Below are positions 54,084 to 62,727 of a stretch of 64,000 nucleotides of DNA, piece by piece. Under the pieces are notes generated by a model that did not search any database, was not told where the DNA came from, and worked only from the letters and a program-made list of their open reading frames with translations. How positions within the stretch are numbered: position 1 is the first letter of the stretch; every line of letters starts with the position of its first letter. The DNA is taken from the NCBI GenBank assembly GCA_963755915.1, contig CAVWLP010000002.1:3168001-3232000 (forward strand), written 5' to 3'. The translations under genes and the position numbers were made by a program. The DNA is from an uncultured Phycisphaerales bacterium (GTDB lineage: Bacteria; Planctomycetota; Phycisphaerae; Tepidisphaerales; Tepidisphaeraceae).

Positions 54084-54878
54084 ATGGCCCTAAAACCGGA
54101 TCGAAAGGTCTGCCTGGCATTCATGGCCCACCCCGACGACGCTGAGATTTTTTGCGGCGGAACACTGGTGCGTCTGGCGTCGCTGGAGTGGGAGGTGCAC
54201 ATCGCCACCGCCACCGCCGGCGACTGCGGGTCCACGAGCCTCCCGCCCGATCGAATCGCTCGCCTTCGCCGGCGCGAAGCGGCCGAAAGCGCCGAACTGA
54301 TCGGAGCCGCCTATCACTGCCTCGATGAGCGCGACGTCGACGTCATTTTCGACCACAAGGCCAACCGCAGGGCGATCGATCTGTTCCGCCGGATCGCCCC
54401 CACGCTGGTCTTCACCCATCCGCGCATCGATTACATGCTCGACCACGAGCAAACCCACTTGCTCGCCCGCAGCGCCGCATTCGCCTTTCCAATCCCAAAC
54501 GCATCAAAGCTGCCGCTTCCTGCGGGCGCTGCGCTTCCGTGGCTCTATTATGTAGACCCGATGGAAGGGTTAGACCTACAGGGCAGCCCGGTTCTGCCGA
54601 CGACCATCGTCGATATCACGAACTCGCTCGAAAAAAAATTGCAGATGCTCGCCTGTCACGCTTCGCAGCGTCAGTGGCTTCGTGCGCATCATGGCATTGA
54701 CGAATATCTGGAAGCAGCCAAACGCCACGCGAAAAATCGCGGGAAACTAATCCGCAGCCCCTATGCCGAGGCCTTCATCCAGCACCGAGGCCACGCATTT
54801 CCGCGTGATGACCTGCTCAAAAATCTGCTTTCCAAACACGCACTTAAAAAGGATCCGGCGTTATGGCCAAAGAACTGA
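54084..54878 (+). CDS. PIG-L/LmbE family de-N-acetylase
   Basis: AHPDDAE, RRREA, DYMLDHE, CHASQ. Confidence 0.9.
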   Translation: MALKPDRKVCLAFMAHPDDAEIFCGGTLVRLASLEWEVHIATATAGDCGSTSLPPDRIARLRRREAAESAELIGAAYHCLDERDVDVIFDHKANRRAIDLFRRIAPTLVFTHPRIDYMLDHEQTHLLARSAAFAFPIPNASKLPLPAGAALPWLYYVDPMEGLDLQGSPVLPTTIVDITNSLEKKLQMLACHASQRQWLRAHHGIDEYLEAAKRHAKNRGKLIRSPYAEAFIQHRGHAFPRDDLLKNLLSKHALKKDPALWPKN

Positions 54879-55825
54879 ATCTCCTTTCAACGCTCAAAGG
54901 TTCCCTTCTCGAAAACTTCTATCCCAAAGGATGGGATCTAAAGAAAATCGACAAGTGCTGCGCGATGAATCTGGTCCAACTCATCCGGCCGGCGAAATTC
55001 TGGCACGCGCAGTTCAAGCCAAGCGTGGTGGCCGATGTTGCCGAGATGGACCGAAAAATGGGCGACGCGATCGCCGATGAGATTGAAACCACCGCTCGCA
55101 GGCACCAGACGCTGGCGCTGATTCTGCCCGTCGGGCCGATGGGAATGTACCAAACCGTCGTCAATCGCCTGAAAAAGAGCCGGACAGGTTGCGCCCACGT
55201 CACAACGTTCAACATGGACGAGTGGGCTGACGCCAAGGGCAACACAATGCCAGGCGACGTTCCCGGCGGCTTCGAACATGCGATGTCCGAGGCTTTGTTT
55301 AGTCCATTGGGCGAGCTCACGGTTCCCAAATCTCAACGCAATTTTGCCACGCAAAAAAATCTTCCAACGTATCCCGGCAAAATCGCCTCAGTCAAAAAGC
55401 AGGGCGGACGCCTGGTCACTGTCTATGGCATCGGCAGGGTCTGCCACATCGCCTTCTGGGAACCGCACATGGCTTCCATGTACAGCGTTACAGAGTGGAA
55501 GAAACAAACGCATCGCATCGGCATGAAGCTCCATCCGCTTACGGTCGAGCAGAACGCCATCACCAGTTTCAACAGCCGCTTTACGCTCGTCCCCTGTTTT
55601 GCCAACACGATTGGGCCCGGTCTGTTTCTCCAGAGCGACTTCTGCATCGGTGGTTGTGACGGCGCCTACCCCGACCGCGGCGCCCAGTGGCAGGGAATGA
55701 GCCTGTGCGTAACGCTCCAGCACAGTCCCACGCCGTGGCTGACAAGCACGTTCATGCCCACCCTAGCGGGAAAACTTTTCTTCGTAAAACCTCTGGCAGG
55801 TCCTCTATTGCCCGACGCTCACTAA
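54863..55825 (+). CDS. Glucosamine/galactosamine-6-phosphate isomerase (NagB-like) protein
   Basis: ILPVGP, FNMDEW, GIGRVCHIAFWEP. Confidence 0.8.
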   Translation: MAKELNLLSTLKGSLLENFYPKGWDLKKIDKCCAMNLVQLIRPAKFWHAQFKPSVVADVAEMDRKMGDAIADEIETTARRHQTLALILPVGPMGMYQTVVNRLKKSRTGCAHVTTFNMDEWADAKGNTMPGDVPGGFEHAMSEALFSPLGELTVPKSQRNFATQKNLPTYPGKIASVKKQGGRLVTVYGIGRVCHIAFWEPHMASMYSVTEWKKQTHRIGMKLHPLTVEQNAITSFNSRFTLVPCFANTIGPGLFLQSDFCIGGCDGAYPDRGAQWQGMSLCVTLQHSPTPWLTSTFMPTLAGKLFFVKPLAGPLLPDAH

Positions 55826-56970
55826 CGCCTAAGTTTCCCCGGGTTATCTCTTCTCGCTTTCTCAATCATGTTTTGCGAAAGCCACCGCGGCCGGTAGACC
55901 GCTGCAAGTGCCAGCCATCCCGCAATCTCTGCCGATCGCAGTGCAGGCTGCTCCCAGAACTGCATCTGAATCCGACTCGCCAGCGCCTTGAGGGTCTGAT
56001 CGCGGATTGAGCGCGTCACTGCGTCGTGCGCCATCGGATGGCTCAGGATTTCCCCAACCAGCACCAGCCGATGCGGCCGCAGGAAATTCATCATGTTCGC
56101 AATCCCGCACCCCAGCAGCGAAATCAGCGGCCGCAGTTTTGATTCAAACTCCGAAAATCGGCCTAGCGCCGTAGCCAGCGGCATCCTCTCGTCAACCGTA
56201 TCGCGCAGGTAATCGCTGCTGAAAATTCTCTCGAGGCACCCCAATTGGCCGCAGTAGCAGCGCCGGGTTTTCACCGGAAAACGGCTGTGCCCCAACTCGT
56301 GCGACCCGATAACACACCCGGGAGTTGGATGTCCATCAACCAGCAGCGCCGAGCCGATCTGGCCATCCGCGATGAACACCATCAACACCGTTTCCTGCTC
56401 GCCGTTCGTCTGCGAGAGGAGCCATTTTGCCGACATCGCATGAACGTCATTTTCAACGACAAGCGGTGTTTTCCCCGCCGCCGCCAGTAGCGGCTTGATA
56501 CTGCGGTAGGGGGGCCCCGGATCGAGAATGCCCATCATGACTTCCCGTTTTTCCAGATCGAGTAAACCGGGAGTCGCCAGACCAATCGAAAAAGTCTCTA
56601 GCGATTTCGCTTCAGCGAGCAATTTGGCCGCGGCAGGGATAAGAGCTCGAGAACCGCGGACCGCGGCACGCCGAGGCTCGCCGATGACTTCTCCCATGAG
56701 ATTAAGCAGGCAGATTTCAGCTCGACCCGCCTGCATCGACAAACCAATCACATGCCTCGAAACAGGATCAATCTCAAGACTCGCCCGCGGTCGACCTCGC
56801 TTCAGCCGCTGCGGTCCGCAAATTCGCACCAGCTTCAGCGCGATCAGCTCCGCGATGTCATCACTGATGGTGTTTTTACGGATGCCAAGCATTTCATGGA
56901 TCTGCGCCTGGCTCGGCCGCCGATGTTGCCGAATGGCAAAAAGAATCTGCTGCTGGCGTGGGTTCAACAT
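55822..56970 (-). CDS. ROK family transcriptional regulator
   Basis: N-terminal HTH, RGRPR, VENDV, ELGH, CYCGQLGCLE. Confidence 0.9.
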   Translation of the reverse strand: MLNPRQQQILFAIRQHRRPSQAQIHEMLGIRKNTISDDIAELIALKLVRICGPQRLKRGRPRASLEIDPVSRHVIGLSMQAGRAEICLLNLMGEVIGEPRRAAVRGSRALIPAAAKLLAEAKSLETFSIGLATPGLLDLEKREVMMGILDPGPPYRSIKPLLAAAGKTPLVVENDVHAMSAKWLLSQTNGEQETVLMVFIADGQIGSALLVDGHPTPGCVIGSHELGHSRFPVKTRRCYCGQLGCLERIFSSDYLRDTVDERMPLATALGRFSEFESKLRPLISLLGCGIANMMNFLRPHRLVLVGEILSHPMAHDAVTRSIRDQTLKALASRIQMQFWEQPALRSAEIAGWLALAAVYRPRWLSQNMIEKARRDNPGKLRR

Positions 56971-57292
56971 AAATGCAGTTCAAAGACCAACCCTTACCTC
57001 CGACGTTGTATCCGACGAGCACGTAGGCGCTCAACCGGTTGTCCTCATTGTGAACATTCCGAGGCACCCCGTCATGCGCGAGGACTCTTCCTGACAACTG
57101 GGGAAAAGCTCGGCGTCGCCGTCAAAGCTGTCGGCATCCACCATTAATATTCTTGATCAACACCTCTATCGCTATAATCGCTGGCGGGAAGAGAATTTGA
57201 TCTGCAAACTTTTCGATCTCTAATTGCTTGTGCTCTGCGCCAAGCGGTGATCAAATTCAAAGACCAAACTCAAAAAGGTAAGGAGGATTGCT

Positions 57293-57688
57293 ATGATCAC
57301 ATTGAACGATGCTCGAAAGGTCATTTCCGCCGCGTCCAAGAAGGCCCAGGAGCTGAAGCATCCCATGAATATTGCCGTCGTCGATGCTGGTGGAAATCTG
57401 CTGGCGTTCGAGCGAATGGATGGCGCGTGGCTGGGAAGCATCGACATTTCGATGAAAAAAGCCTGGACGTCCCGGGCATTCGACATTACCACCAGGGACC
57501 TGGCATCTGTCAGCCAGCCCGGAACCGATTTTTTCGGAATTCACGTATCAAATGGGGGCAAAGTAATGATTTTTGCCGGGGGCATCCCGTTGAAACGTGG
57601 AAATGAAGTCGTCGGAGCCATTGGCGTGAGCGGCGGATCAGGTGAACAGGATCACGCCGTCGCGGAAGCTGGTGCCAAGGCAATTTAA
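57293..57688 (+). CDS. GlcG/HbpS family heme-binding protein
   Basis: AGGAGG RBS; IAVVDAGG, RMDGA, KAWT, GGIP, GAIGVSGG. Confidence 0.92.
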   Translation: MITLNDARKVISAASKKAQELKHPMNIAVVDAGGNLLAFERMDGAWLGSIDISMKKAWTSRAFDITTRDLASVSQPGTDFFGIHVSNGGKVMIFAGGIPLKRGNEVVGAIGVSGGSGEQDHAVAEAGAKAI

Positions 57689-57710
57689 ATCTGTCATCAT
57701 TCGGACATGA

Positions 57711-57931
57711 TTACGCCGCGATCATCCCATGCGGATCGATAACGAATTTCTTGGCGGCGCCTTTGTCAAAATCCTTGTATCCGCGCGGCGCTTCGTCGAG
57801 CGTGATTGTGCTGACATTAACCGCCTTGGCGATTTTGATTTTGTCGCGAAGAATGCACTGCATCAATTGACGGTTGTATTTCATCACTGGGCATTGACCG
57901 GTGTGAAGGCCACGCCGCGGTTAGAAGCCAT
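57711..57931 (-). pseudogene. fdhA: Glutathione-independent formaldehyde dehydrogenase remnant with a large internal deletion
   Basis: GAGGGAG RBS + MASNRGVA joined to HTGQCPVMKYNRQLMQCILRDKIKIAKAVNV...DEAPRGYKDFDKGAAKKFVIDPHGMIAA*, matching the two FdhA termini. Confidence 0.82.
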
Positions 57932-58075
57932 AGTGATTACTCCCTCAAGAAGGATTTAAGAGCGCACATTCCCGCACGGCCGAACCAAATTTTCCTCCAC
58001 CGCGCGCTAAGAATTCAGTGTTGAATTCTTCGTGAAACCCTACCTCCGAACACCCCACCCGACAAACAAAACTTC

Positions 58076-58092
58076 TGTTCAATAAGTGAACA
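58076..58092. promoter_or_regulatory. Third copy of the TGTTCA-N5-TGAACA operator, upstream of the fdhA remnant
   Basis: TGTTCAATAAGTGAACA, 16/17 identical to 41542-41558. Confidence 0.65.
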
Positions 58093-58254
58093 AAGCCGCG
58101 ACGCCAATTCATGCTCGGCGATCCCGGCGGGATGACGTTTGTCGATCAACGTGGCGCCTTGGGGCTGCGCATTAACCGAACAACTCCCTATGTAATCGCC
58201 GGGAAACTAGGCGTTCAAATTTCGTTACGGCGCAATGCAGATGAGCAGTTAATG

Positions 58255-58294
58255 AAAAACCCAGATCGGCCGGTGGCAAGCGGCGGACCTGGGT
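58255..58294 (-). terminator. Rho-independent terminator of the APC permease
   Basis: Minus strand ACCCAGGTCCGCCG...CGGCCGATCTGGG hairpin followed by a T run, ~30 bp after the stop. Confidence 0.6.
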
Positions 58295-58323
58295 ATTCTC
58301 AAATCGAATACTGAACCATCGAA

Positions 58324-59874
58324 TCAAGCGATCGCGGTCTTGGCGTCGGGCGGTTCGGCAACGCCATCGGGTTCGGCGTGCAGGATGGGTTCCTTGCCGG
58401 TGCCGTAGCGACTTGCGATCCCTTCCAGATCGGTCTCGATCATCTTGATCACGCTGCTACGCATGCCCCGTTGCACGAAGAGGAAGATGACGCCGAGCGC
58501 CAGATATCCCGCGAAAATGTATGGGTAATAGCGGATCGGCGGATCAGGCAGCGGGTAGAAGCTGCCGACGATCGGCACGATCATGAACAACAGCCCCAGC
58601 ACGGAAATCACAATGGCGCTGGGCGTGAGTTTTCCAAGCCGCTTTAGATAAACCGGAGCCGCGATACAGATCAATACGAAGCCGACCAGGAAGCCGAAGC
58701 TGGCCATGGTGGCGACATCGTTCAATATATCCGTGAGCGCACATTGCCAGTATTTCATGCAGAAGAATCCGATGATCAGCGAGATCGCGGCGCAAACGGT
58801 CACCGAGACGTGCGGCGTTTCGTGCGTCTTGTGTGCCCCAGCGACCGATTTGTGGATCACGCCGTGATGCGCCATGGCAAACATGATTCGGCAGGCGGCA
58901 TTGAAGCTGCCGAGCGTGCATCCCAACGCGCTGACCAGGACCATGATGGTCATGATCGGCCCCAGCCAACCCATGTGCAGGTAACCAGTTAAAGTCGATA
59001 ATACGTCAGCATTTCCGTCCAATGTCGTCCCGGACGCGGCAAAACCGCCGACGATCGCGAAGCTGCTCAGCACGTAAAACGTTGAACCAATCGCAACCGC
59101 GCCGAGGACCGCCCGCGGTATGGTCTTCAGTGGATTTCTTGCTTCTTCGCCCAGTGAAGTGGCGCTTTCAAATCCGATATTACAGAACACAGCCAACACG
59201 ATCGCCAGGAAAAATCCCTGGAAAGTAAATCCTTCGAGCTTGATCTGCGGGACGTACACTTTAAAGCCGGTCTTGGCAAAGACCCCCAGGACCACCAGCG
59301 TGAGAAGCGCGATACTGGTGAATTCCAAAATCAACATCAATTTTGCGGAGAGTTTGATGTCGCGGTAGGCGACATACCAGGGGATGAGGATAGCAAGAGT
59401 ATAGGTAATATACGGCCACGCTGCGCCGGTCGGTGAGTGGAAAAGCAGCAGCATGAAATTCGCGGCCGCCCCGGCAAGGGCGATGCCGCAACCCACATAG
59501 GCAACCAACCAGCCCCAACCCACCATCACGCCCGCGGCCGGCCCTAACGCCATGGTTGTGTAGGAGTAAAGCGATCCGGGTGAAGCCGACAACCGCGCAA
59601 ATTGGTTGATGTTCAACCCAACGAATCCCAGTCCGATTCCGGCAAACAGATACGATAGCCACGTGGCATTACCGGACGAGACAAATGCCAGGCAGATGAT
59701 CGCCGCCATCGACGCTGATGGCGCAATTACGGCGATCGATTGCGCCAGCGTCTACACCGGCGTAAGGCAACGAAACCTCAGCCCGTAGACACCCGTTTTC
59801 TTTTCATCGGGGTTGTCAGTTCTGTTGTAATCGGCCACAGTGGCCACATTGCCGGGTGCAGTGGTAGTAGACAT
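58324..59874 (-). CDS. APC family amino acid/amine permease with an in-frame TAG at codon 41
   Basis: AGGAG RBS + ATG 59874; GLRFRCLTPV*TLAQSIAVIAP; GSLYSY; GFESATSLGEEARNP; ~12 TM. Confidence 0.8.
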
Positions 59875-59972
59875 AAAACTGGACTCCTGGAGCTGTTTGC
59901 AGAATCCACCGGTGAATTCGAGAAAGGCAGTTTTTTGTCACCGGACGGAGAGCGGATGGTTAATTTGCAAAT

Positions 59973-59988
59973 CGCAACTCGCATACCA
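59973..59988 (-). promoter_or_regulatory. sigma-54 (-24/-12) promoter of the APC permease
   Basis: TGGTATGCGAGTTGCG has correct TGG-N8-TTGC spacing, ~100 bp upstream of the ATG. Confidence 0.6.
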
Positions 59989-60047
59989 TTCGCGCGAGGC
60001 GATACATGCGTGAGGCAAGAATCAAGCATTTAAGCTCGTCCATGCTT

Positions 60048-60470
60048 TCATTGTTGACGTGAAATCCGCCAGGCGTTGTCGGCCCATTCAAATCCCAGCG
60101 GCTTGTAGTAGTCCTTAGCTTCCGGAGCCGCGAGCAAGAGGATCGTCACATCGCGGCTTAGCTGTTTCTGAACGAAGTCGATGAGCGCCTTGCCAATCCC
60201 CATCCTCTGGCAGGCTCGATCCACCGCAAGATCGGATAAATAGCAGCAGTAACTGAAATCGGTCAGCGCTCGGACGACGCCGACCAGTTGGTCCCCTGTC
60301 CAAGCCCCCGCGAAAAGATTCGCGTGTTGAATCATTTTGGTCAGCCTCGGTAAATCATCCGTCGGACGGCGGATTCCGGACCGCGCGAATACGTCTCCGA
60401 GCTGCGCGGCGGAAATGGGCTTGTCCCGCGCATCTCGGATAGCGAAATTCAACGGCTTTTGATTCGTCAT
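60048..60470 (-). CDS. GNAT family N-acetyltransferase
   Basis: LVGVVRALTDF, YLSDLAV, QRMGIGKAL, YYKPLGF. Confidence 0.9.
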   Translation of the reverse strand: MTNQKPLNFAIRDARDKPISAAQLGDVFARSGIRRPTDDLPRLTKMIQHANLFAGAWTGDQLVGVVRALTDFSYCCYLSDLAVDRACQRMGIGKALIDFVQKQLSRDVTILLLAAPEAKDYYKPLGFEWADNAWRISRQQ

Positions 60471-60833
60471 GGATTATTCGAGTTTTTCCACGCCCGCAGA
60501 GGAGCGACCTCACGATCTTCCTTCAGTGCTACTCCGCTGATTCGTCTGCGGAGGCTTACTATAAAAAGGTAGTGCAATGTTTCACTTGCTACTGCTGGAG
60601 GCAGACCCTGTGGACCGATATTCGAGACGCAATTCCGGTTGCCGTCTGATAGACGAGCAGTTTCTCAAAGGCAAAGGACATTGGCGGGATCGTACCGGAA
60701 GAAAGTAGAGAGTAGAAAGGAGACCGCAGGAGTTTGCCCGTCAAGCCAGTTGGTCGTCGAATGCTGGTCTTGCCTTTGCTTTCCTCTCTACTTTCTACAC
60801 CTCTCCTGCTCTATTTTTCGCTGCCGCGAAAAA

Positions 60834-60875
60834 TCGGGGCGACAGGATTCGAACCTGCGACCTCTTGACCCCCAG
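60834..60875 (-). tRNA. 3' half of tRNA-Pro(GGG), an att-site duplication and not a functional tRNA
   Basis: CTGGGGGTCAAGAGGTCGCAGGTTCGAATCCTGTCGCCCCGA gives anticodon loop, T-arm and acceptor 3' strand; no 5' half upstream. Confidence 0.8.
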
Positions 60876-61311
60876 AAGCAATTTTCCACAGCCGAAAAGC
60901 AGCGGAATCACTCGGATTTTGTAGCATTTTATGAATGTCGGGTCCTATTGCAAGTGCTTGCAGATCGCTTCCAGTATTTGCAAGCACTTACCGTAATCGC
61001 CGCGTGAAAAAACCGTAGAAGCGATGATCGATTGGCGCAGAATTTCAGTCATCAGTGGTAGGGCGGTCGGTTTAACAATGTGCAATCATCCCTTTTCTCA
61101 TCTGTCTATCTTGCAAAACGCCGCCAAATCCGCCAAATCCGTCGACGACGCAGCTCAGTCGTGTTGTTAATAAGCAGCAAGCTAAATCCGCGCTAAATTT
61201 CCGCCCGTTTTGCGTCAATATATTTGAGCGGTTCCGATCGCCATCAGCGGTCGTGACTTTCCTGTATTTCCCGTCGCATTTCACCGCCCCAGCGGGCAAA
61301 GGAGACCTCGC

Positions 61312-61758
61312 ATGCCCTTATCCATCAACGTGGGCCTCAGCCGGAAGGCCTCAAAGGATTATCAATCCACCGGCGTCAGCATCAACGTCACCGCGGAGCT
61401 TGATCAGGCGCTGCTGGCAAAGCCGGATCAGCTGCAAAAACAGATTGGATATCTCTATTCGCAGGCCCACCAGGCGTTGGACGGCCAGATGAACCAGCCA
61501 GCGGGATCCGAAAACGCCAGCTCCGGAAGATCAGCCCCTAAATCAGCTGCGGTTAATGGCAACGGTCGTGGCTCTGCAGCCATGACCGCCAGCCAGCGGC
61601 GGGCGATCCTGGCGATCGCCAAGCGCTGGGATTTCAACGTGGACTATGAATGCCGGGAGCGATTCGCCACGGCATTCGATGATCTGTCAATCCGGCAGGC
61701 CTCGGAGCTGATTGACCATCTGAAATTGTCCACGCCCACCAGCGACTCCCGGAGGTAG
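61312..61758 (+). CDS. Hypothetical protein of the integrative element
   Basis: AAGGAG RBS; MPLSINVGLSRK; T.SQRRAI.AIA; LSIRQASELIDHLK. Confidence 0.75.
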   Translation: MPLSINVGLSRKASKDYQSTGVSINVTAELDQALLAKPDQLQKQIGYLYSQAHQALDGQMNQPAGSENASSGRSAPKSAAVNGNGRGSAAMTASQRRAILAIAKRWDFNVDYECRERFATAFDDLSIRQASELIDHLKLSTPTSDSRR

Positions 61759-61810
61759 TCCTGCCGCGTCGTTTTTGATCTCCGATATCTAAAAAAAAGG
61801 AGTTTTCGCC

Positions 61811-62190
61811 ATGAGCATGCTCACGGCGCCGGCAGTCCCTGCGCCAGCGGTTCTCAATCGCCCGCCCAACCGCCTGGCGGAGCTGATCACCGGCAGAACC
61901 TATCTGTCCCACTCCAGCTTTCCACGATGCGATCGTGCCCCAGGAAGTTCGCCTTCCAATATGTGGAGAAAGTTCCGGCGGATTTCATCCCCAGCAGCCT
62001 GATCTTCGGCGGCTCGATTCACTCGGCGCTGGAGTTTTATTTCCGGGCCCGGCTGGAAGGATTGGAGGTAACCCAGGACGCCCTGCTCTCGGCGTATCAC
62101 GACGGCTGGAAGAGACAGAGGGGGACCACCGGTCTCAATGTCCCGGTTAAGTACAGCAAGGATCAAACGGCTGATTCTCTCCACGCCCTG
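61811..62190 (+). pseudogene. PD-(D/E)XK (RecB/Cas4-like) nuclease N-terminal fragment, frameshifted and truncated
   Basis: AAGGAG RBS; YLSHS...CPRKFAFQY; LIFGGSIHSALE; the catalytic half is not present. Confidence 0.65.
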
Positions 62191-62610
62191 TGCGTATGGC
62201 CCTTAAGGTGCAGCGGATCCTGGAACGATACAGCGCCGATCCCAGTGACTGCCTTCACCGGGATGTGAAGAACATCCTGGTCATGACCCGCCTGCTCAAA
62301 AAGCAGCACAAAATCCTCACCCTCGCCCGCGAGCACCACTGGCAATCGGCATCCCGGCAGCTTCACGAGAACCTGCTGGTCCGAGTCCGCGAACTCCACG
62401 AGGCGGCAAGCCAGATCATCTTCCGCCGGGCGCCGATTTCCCGGCTCTACACCCTGACCCTCCGGGACCTTTGCGATGAGATCCGGCAGCTGGAAGAGGA
62501 GTTCACATCCGTCAGCCTGGACCTCAAAGCCGGGATGATCTCTGTCGATACCGACGAGATCGAGCTTCAGAGGCTGTATCTGGGAAGCTTCCGCATAAAA
62601 CTGTCCATGG
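62190..62610 (+). pseudogene. Hypothetical protein fragment interrupted by IS21
   Basis: Helical region then ISVDTDEIEL..LYLGSFRIKL, ending at the IS left end. Confidence 0.55.
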
Positions 62611-62727
62611 TGTCATGGGGCGCGCAAAACCGGCCAATTGAGGGCGCGCCAAAACCGGCCATTTTGAGGCACAGGAGATTGGGTTATCGACCTTGGCTTT
62701 CGGCGGTTGCCGCAAGCCAATGGTGGG

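Noticed and set aside
56979-57267. 12-bp direct repeat TTCAAAGACCAA near the ROK and GlcG gene starts
   Set aside because: Only two short non-palindromic copies with no recognisable element between them; could be chance.
57729-57959. 76-aa plus-strand ORF (MRIDNEFLGG...)
   Set aside because: It is the antisense shadow of the fdhA remnant.
60700-60796. 13-bp inverted repeat AGAAAGTAGAGAG / CTCTCTACTTTCT as an ncRNA or MITE
   Set aside because: Low-complexity purine tract, single occurrence, no target-site duplication; at most a hairpin downstream of the original tRNA.
60834-60910. Intact tRNA-Pro gene
   Set aside because: The upstream minus-strand sequence cannot form the D-arm or the 5' acceptor strand, so only the 3' half is present.
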